This document shows, piece after piece, positions 60,866-64,000 of a DNA stretch of 64,000 bases. Numbering within the stretch: the stretch's first letter is position 1; the number at the start of each line of letters is the position of its first letter. Under the pieces are notes generated by a model. The model had not been told where the DNA came from. It ran no database searches and saw only the letters and a list, made by a program, of their open reading frames with translations. This stretch comes from Micavibrio sp. UBA2400 (lineage in GTDB: Bacteria > Pseudomonadota > Alphaproteobacteria > UBA2400): positions 5,454 through 69,453 of the forward strand of contig DDSC01000038.1 of the NCBI GenBank assembly GCA_002343265.1. The letters are read 5' to 3'. The position numbers were made by a program, and so were the translations under genes.

Positions 60866-61423
60866 ATGCGCATCGGCATCTATCCCGGCACATTCGACCC
60901 GCCAACCAAAGGACATATGGATTTAGTCATCCGTTCGGCACGGCTGGTTGATCGGCTGGTGGTGGGCGTGGCCACCAACGCGGGTAAGGGGCCGATGTTC
61001 AGCCCGGCTGAGCGGGTCGCCATGGTGCAGGCCGAGATTATCCGCATTGACCGTGAGGAGCCAACGCTCAAACTGGCCGAGCGGGTCCAGGTGGTGCCGT
61101 TTGCTGATCTGCTGATTGAATTTGCCCGTAAGCACAATGCCAGTGTCATCTTGCGCGGTTTGCGCGCGGTCAGCGACTTTGAGTATGAATTCCAGATGGC
61201 GGGGATGAACCGCAATCTCAACAGTGCGATTGAAACCGTATTTTTAATGGCCTCGGACAAACACCAGTTTGTCAGCTCCCGTTTTGTTAAGGAAATTTGC
61301 CGTTTGGGTGGTGACGTAACGCCATTTGTCTCGGCCGAAGTGTTGTCGCAGCTTAAAGGCAAGATCGCGGCCGGGGTGGAGCCGAATATTGAGCCACGCC
61401 TTGCGGGCACTGACCCGCCGTGA
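60866..61423 (+). CDS. coaD: Phosphopantetheine adenylyltransferase
   Basis: 'MRIGIYPGTFDPPTKGHMD' carries the HxGH-type nucleotidyltransferase motif. An AGGGAG RBS is present. Confidence 0.85.
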   Translation: MRIGIYPGTFDPPTKGHMDLVIRSARLVDRLVVGVATNAGKGPMFSPAERVAMVQAEIIRIDREEPTLKLAERVQVVPFADLLIEFARKHNASVILRGLRAVSDFEYEFQMAGMNRNLNSAIETVFLMASDKHQFVSSRFVKEICRLGGDVTPFVSAEVLSQLKGKIAAGVEPNIEPRLAGTDPP

Positions 61424-63120
61424 CGCGTGCTGCGCCTTATCTTCTCGTTGTTCTTCTCCTTGTTGCCATTCACACGGCGTTGGTGTTTGGGGGGCTGTCG
61501 CCTATTCTAAAAGGTGAGTTAGGCGATACCGACAGCTATACCCGCCTACTGCGCGTTGAAGTACTAGTAGAGGATGGCGCATGGTTTGATAGTCGCCTGT
61601 CGCAGTTCAATGCGCCCTTTGGCGATACGCTGAATTGGACACGCCCCCTTGATATGCTCATCCTCGCGGGCGCTTTACCGCTGGTGACTGAGCTTGGCTA
61701 TAGCTGGCGGGAGGCCATTTACTGGAGCGGCGCACTTCTCCCACTAATCCTGCATATTTTGGTCGCGCTGGCGCTGGCTTGGGCGGCAGCGCCGCTCCTA
61801 CCTGTGTCAGCCCGGCCTATGGTGGCGTTGCTGGCCGCTGTTACGCCCATTATGCTGGCCTATAATCTTGCGGGTAAGCCCGATCAGCAAACCCTGTTGT
61901 TTCTGTCTCTGGTTATGGCGCTAGGCTGGGTCACGCGCGGCCTAAGCAACGGAGATTCACCCTCGCGCTTGGGGCTCTATGCGGGTTTGTGGCTTGGCTT
62001 CGGGCTGTGGGTTACGGTTGAGGCGCAGTTTGCCTTTGCCATACTGCTGGGCGTGATCGGCCTCGTCTGGCTCTGGCGTGGTGAGGAGAGGGCGCTGGAG
62101 CTAGGCGAGTGCCTGGCACTTGGTTTTTTTGTCATGGTTGCCGTGGGTCTACTCGTCGAGCGCGGGCCGCTATGGCCCACCCTTCGCGAACTCGATAAAA
62201 TCTCGCTGTTGCATGCCCTCGCGGCGGCCGTTATCGCCGGATGCTGGGGGCTGATGGCCGCCATTGCCCGGCACGGCGGCCGGACAAAACGCTATTTTAC
62301 TGCGGCGGGGGGGGGCGCTTTGGCCCTGACTGCGCTCTCCTTTTTTACGCCTGAGCTTTTTCTGGGTCCCGCCGGGCAAATCGAACCTCGGGTATATACG
62401 GAATTTTTTCTCAAGATCCGCGAGATGCGTCCGCTCTGGCCATCGGATACCGAGAGTACGGGGCTGTTGCTACTCTGGCTGGCGCAACCACTCATCGCCA
62501 TGCCGCTATGGATATTGCGCCGCCCGCCTTCATTGCAAATCTGGCTACCGACACTTGCTTTGACGGTGGCCTTCACACTCATGGCGTTATTACACGCCCG
62601 CTTTGCGCAAGTGGCCGCGCCCTTAGCTGCCATATTGCTGGTGTATGCCGCGCATGAACTCAGGCTGCATGCGAGCGCGCTGGCTCTGCTGGCGCCGCTG
62701 TTTCTTGGCTTTGGGGCGGTGCTGCTGATCCCGCCTGATGACTCGGTGCGCCCCACCTGTGACCTTGGCACCATCAAGGCCGAGTTGGCGGCATTACCTC
62801 AGGGCATTGTTCTCGCTCCGCTCAACTATGGGCCTCAGCTGGCGTATCAGACCGGGCACGTGGTGGTAGGCGGGCCATATCATCGCAATACCGCGGGCAT
62901 CCTCGATACGCTTGATTTCTTTGGTGATGCGCCCGACTCCCGGGCGCGGGAGATCCTCACAGCGCGTGGTATTTCTTATGTCTTGGCCTGTCCGGTCGGG
63001 CCGGAAAAAGTCGGGCTGGAGCGGCAAAAGGCGCTGGGCAGCGGGCAGGGGCCAAGCTGGCTTGAGCCGCTAGAATTGCCTCCCGGACAGGATTTCAGGC
63101 TTTATCGTGTTCGCGGTTGA
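61420..63120 (+). CDS. Hypothetical polytopic membrane protein (possible GT-C-like glycosyltransferase)
   Basis: 566 aa with about 12 or more TM helices and an extracytoplasmic loop 'DTDSYTRLLRVE'. Its GTG start overlaps the coaD stop. Confidence 0.45.
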   Translation: MTRAAPYLLVVLLLVAIHTALVFGGLSPILKGELGDTDSYTRLLRVEVLVEDGAWFDSRLSQFNAPFGDTLNWTRPLDMLILAGALPLVTELGYSWREAIYWSGALLPLILHILVALALAWAAAPLLPVSARPMVALLAAVTPIMLAYNLAGKPDQQTLLFLSLVMALGWVTRGLSNGDSPSRLGLYAGLWLGFGLWVTVEAQFAFAILLGVIGLVWLWRGEERALELGECLALGFFVMVAVGLLVERGPLWPTLRELDKISLLHALAAAVIAGCWGLMAAIARHGGRTKRYFTAAGGGALALTALSFFTPELFLGPAGQIEPRVYTEFFLKIREMRPLWPSDTESTGLLLLWLAQPLIAMPLWILRRPPSLQIWLPTLALTVAFTLMALLHARFAQVAAPLAAILLVYAAHELRLHASALALLAPLFLGFGAVLLIPPDDSVRPTCDLGTIKAELAALPQGIVLAPLNYGPQLAYQTGHVVVGGPYHRNTAGILDTLDFFGDAPDSRAREILTARGISYVLACPVGPEKVGLERQKALGSGQGPSWLEPLELPPGQDFRLYRVRG

Positions 63121-63162
63121 CCTTTGCCGGTAAAATCACTATTTTGCGGCCCACGTTGGTTT

Positions 63163-63238
63163 GACTGCGTAGCTCAGCCGGTAGAGCATCGGACTTTTAA
63201 TCCGCAGGTCGTGGGTTCGATCCCCACCGCAGTCACCA
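63163..63238 (+). tRNA. tRNA-Lys (anticodon TTT)
   Basis: 76-nt cloverleaf. The acceptor stem is GACTGCG/CGCAGTC, the D-arm is 'tagctcagccggtagagca', the anticodon loop is 'cggacTTTTAAtccg', the T-arm is GTGGG-TTCGATC-CCCAC and the 3' end is CCA. Confidence 0.85.
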
Positions 63239-63309
63239 GCCTCCTTCTAACAGATTCATATATTGCCGCGCGAGCGCGGCTGGCTCCACCACAGTCACCA
63301 GTCTTCCTT
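63224..63309. repeat. Imperfect direct repeat of the tRNA-Lys 3' end (candidate attL/attR-like integration scar)
   Basis: 'ccaccgcagtcaccagcctcctt' (63224-63246, tRNA 3' end) recurs as 'ccaccacagtcaccagtcttcctt' (63286-63309). A GCCGCGC-ga-GCGCGGC hairpin (63265-63280) lies between them. Confidence 0.5.
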
Positions 63310-63456
63310 TGCCGCTGCAAAATTAAGGTTAATTAAGTTAACTTTGATCGGTATTCTATCTATTTCACACTAGCGCCTGTCGGAATTTCATTGAAATTGG
63401 GTAGGGCAGTTCGCTACAACTCTGCCCATCACTCACCTCAGGAGGTTTTTTAAACT

Positions 63457-64000
63457 ATGTCCAAGCTTATTAACTCAGCCGTTTCTGCTCTGGCCCTTAT
63501 GGCCGCCAGTCAGGCTTTCGCGACTTGTACCGGTGGCAACGCTTGCCCGCCGACTACGCCAACAAACCCAGCAGCAGGTAGTGCTGCTGCAACAGCGGCA
63601 ACGGGTCCTGTTACGGCTAACCCTGTCGCGGGTGCTACAGCGGCAACGGGAGCCGTTAACGCGGCTGGTACAGGCACTGCTACGCTTACTGCTCCTATTA
63701 CGGTGAACCCCGACCTTCGCACAGGAGATCAGGAGCAGCGTAATGACCAGCAACAACGCAATGATCAGCAGCAGCGCAATGACCAGCAACAACGCAATGA
63801 TAATAACCAGCGTCAGCAGGTGACGAATCAGGCTGGCGGCGGTGTGTCTGGTGCAAGTTCCACAGGTTCACCGGTTACCATTACGTCGAAGGGCTCGGTT
63901 ATTCCCGTTAATGTGGGGACCACCTCATCTGACATTGTTACAAATCCGGCTTATGTACAGCTCTGCCAGCAGGTAGATTCCAAGACTGGTGGTCAGATTG
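63457..64000 (+). CDS. Secreted low-complexity repeat protein (5' partial; runs off window end)
   Basis: ATG at 63457 with an AGGAGG RBS at 63441-63446. The signal peptide is 'MSKLINSAVSALALMAASQAFA', followed by a Cys/Pro/Thr/Ala/Gly-rich region and a QQRNDQ tandem repeat. There is no stop before 64000. Confidence 0.55.
   Translation, partial: MSKLINSAVSALALMAASQAFATCTGGNACPPTTPTNPAAGSAAATAATGPVTANPVAGATAATGAVNAAGTGTATLTAPITVNPDLRTGDQEQRNDQQQRNDQQQRNDQQQRNDNNQRQQVTNQAGGGVSGASSTGSPVTITSKGSVIPVNVGTTSSDIVTNPAYVQLCQQVDSKTGGQI
63733..63804 (+). repeat. Tandem 18-bp (two 36-bp units) coding repeat, QQRNDQ x4
   Basis: 'cagcgtaatgaccagcaacaacgcaatgatcag' is followed by 'cagcgcaatgaccagcaacaacgcaatgataat'. 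Confidence 0.6.

Overview
This 64-kb window looks like alphaproteobacterial chromosome with GC around 55-60% and mostly housekeeping genes. Those are maf and a short RNase E/G, class II B12-dependent ribonucleotide reductase nrdJ, rpmE, hsp20, rluD, rpoH, serC-serA, gltX, mucR/ros, rpiB-glyA-nrdR, nusB, sufE, a TAXI-TRAP binding protein, gap, sodB, trmFO, actP with its DUF485 partner, uvrA/ssb, gyrA-coaD and tRNA-Lys(TTT). Several loci are unusual. (1) The strongest candidate for an undescribed system is a five-gene plus-strand operon at 30281-41766. It encodes a 2486-aa protein with two N-terminal transmembrane helices followed by about 2300 residues of Q/A/L/E/S-rich coiled coil. That gene is translationally coupled (ATGA) to a periplasmic protein whose mature N-terminus (CSCPD... 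with Cys spacing C1/C3/C64/C91 and a 'DACHSFP' motif) resembles the N-domain of TIMP metalloproteinase inhibitors, fused to a helical region and C-terminal pentapeptide repeats. These are followed by a DevBCA/MacAB-type tripartite ABC exporter (adaptor, FtsX-like permease, ATPase, all ATGA-coupled). (2) A tail-anchored Hanks-type pseudokinase (HRD changed to HGR, catalytic-loop Lys changed to Asn, DFG changed to DYL) with a small membrane-protein partner. (3) A lone TadG-like vWA protein with a roughly 400-aa Pro/Cys-rich insertion. (4) The usual ribD-ribE-ribH block between nrdR and nusB is absent and replaced by three unknown minus-strand genes. (5) Two divergently transcribed squalene/phytoene-synthase-fold (NDUFAF6-like) genes with degenerate Asp-rich motifs, one of which lacks a canonical start codon. 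(6) tRNA-Lys is followed by an imperfect direct repeat of its own 3' end and a secreted protein with tandem 18-bp repeats, suggesting an integration scar or island boundary. No CRISPR array, rRNA or obvious IS element was seen. Manually derived coordinates may be off by 1-2 nt.
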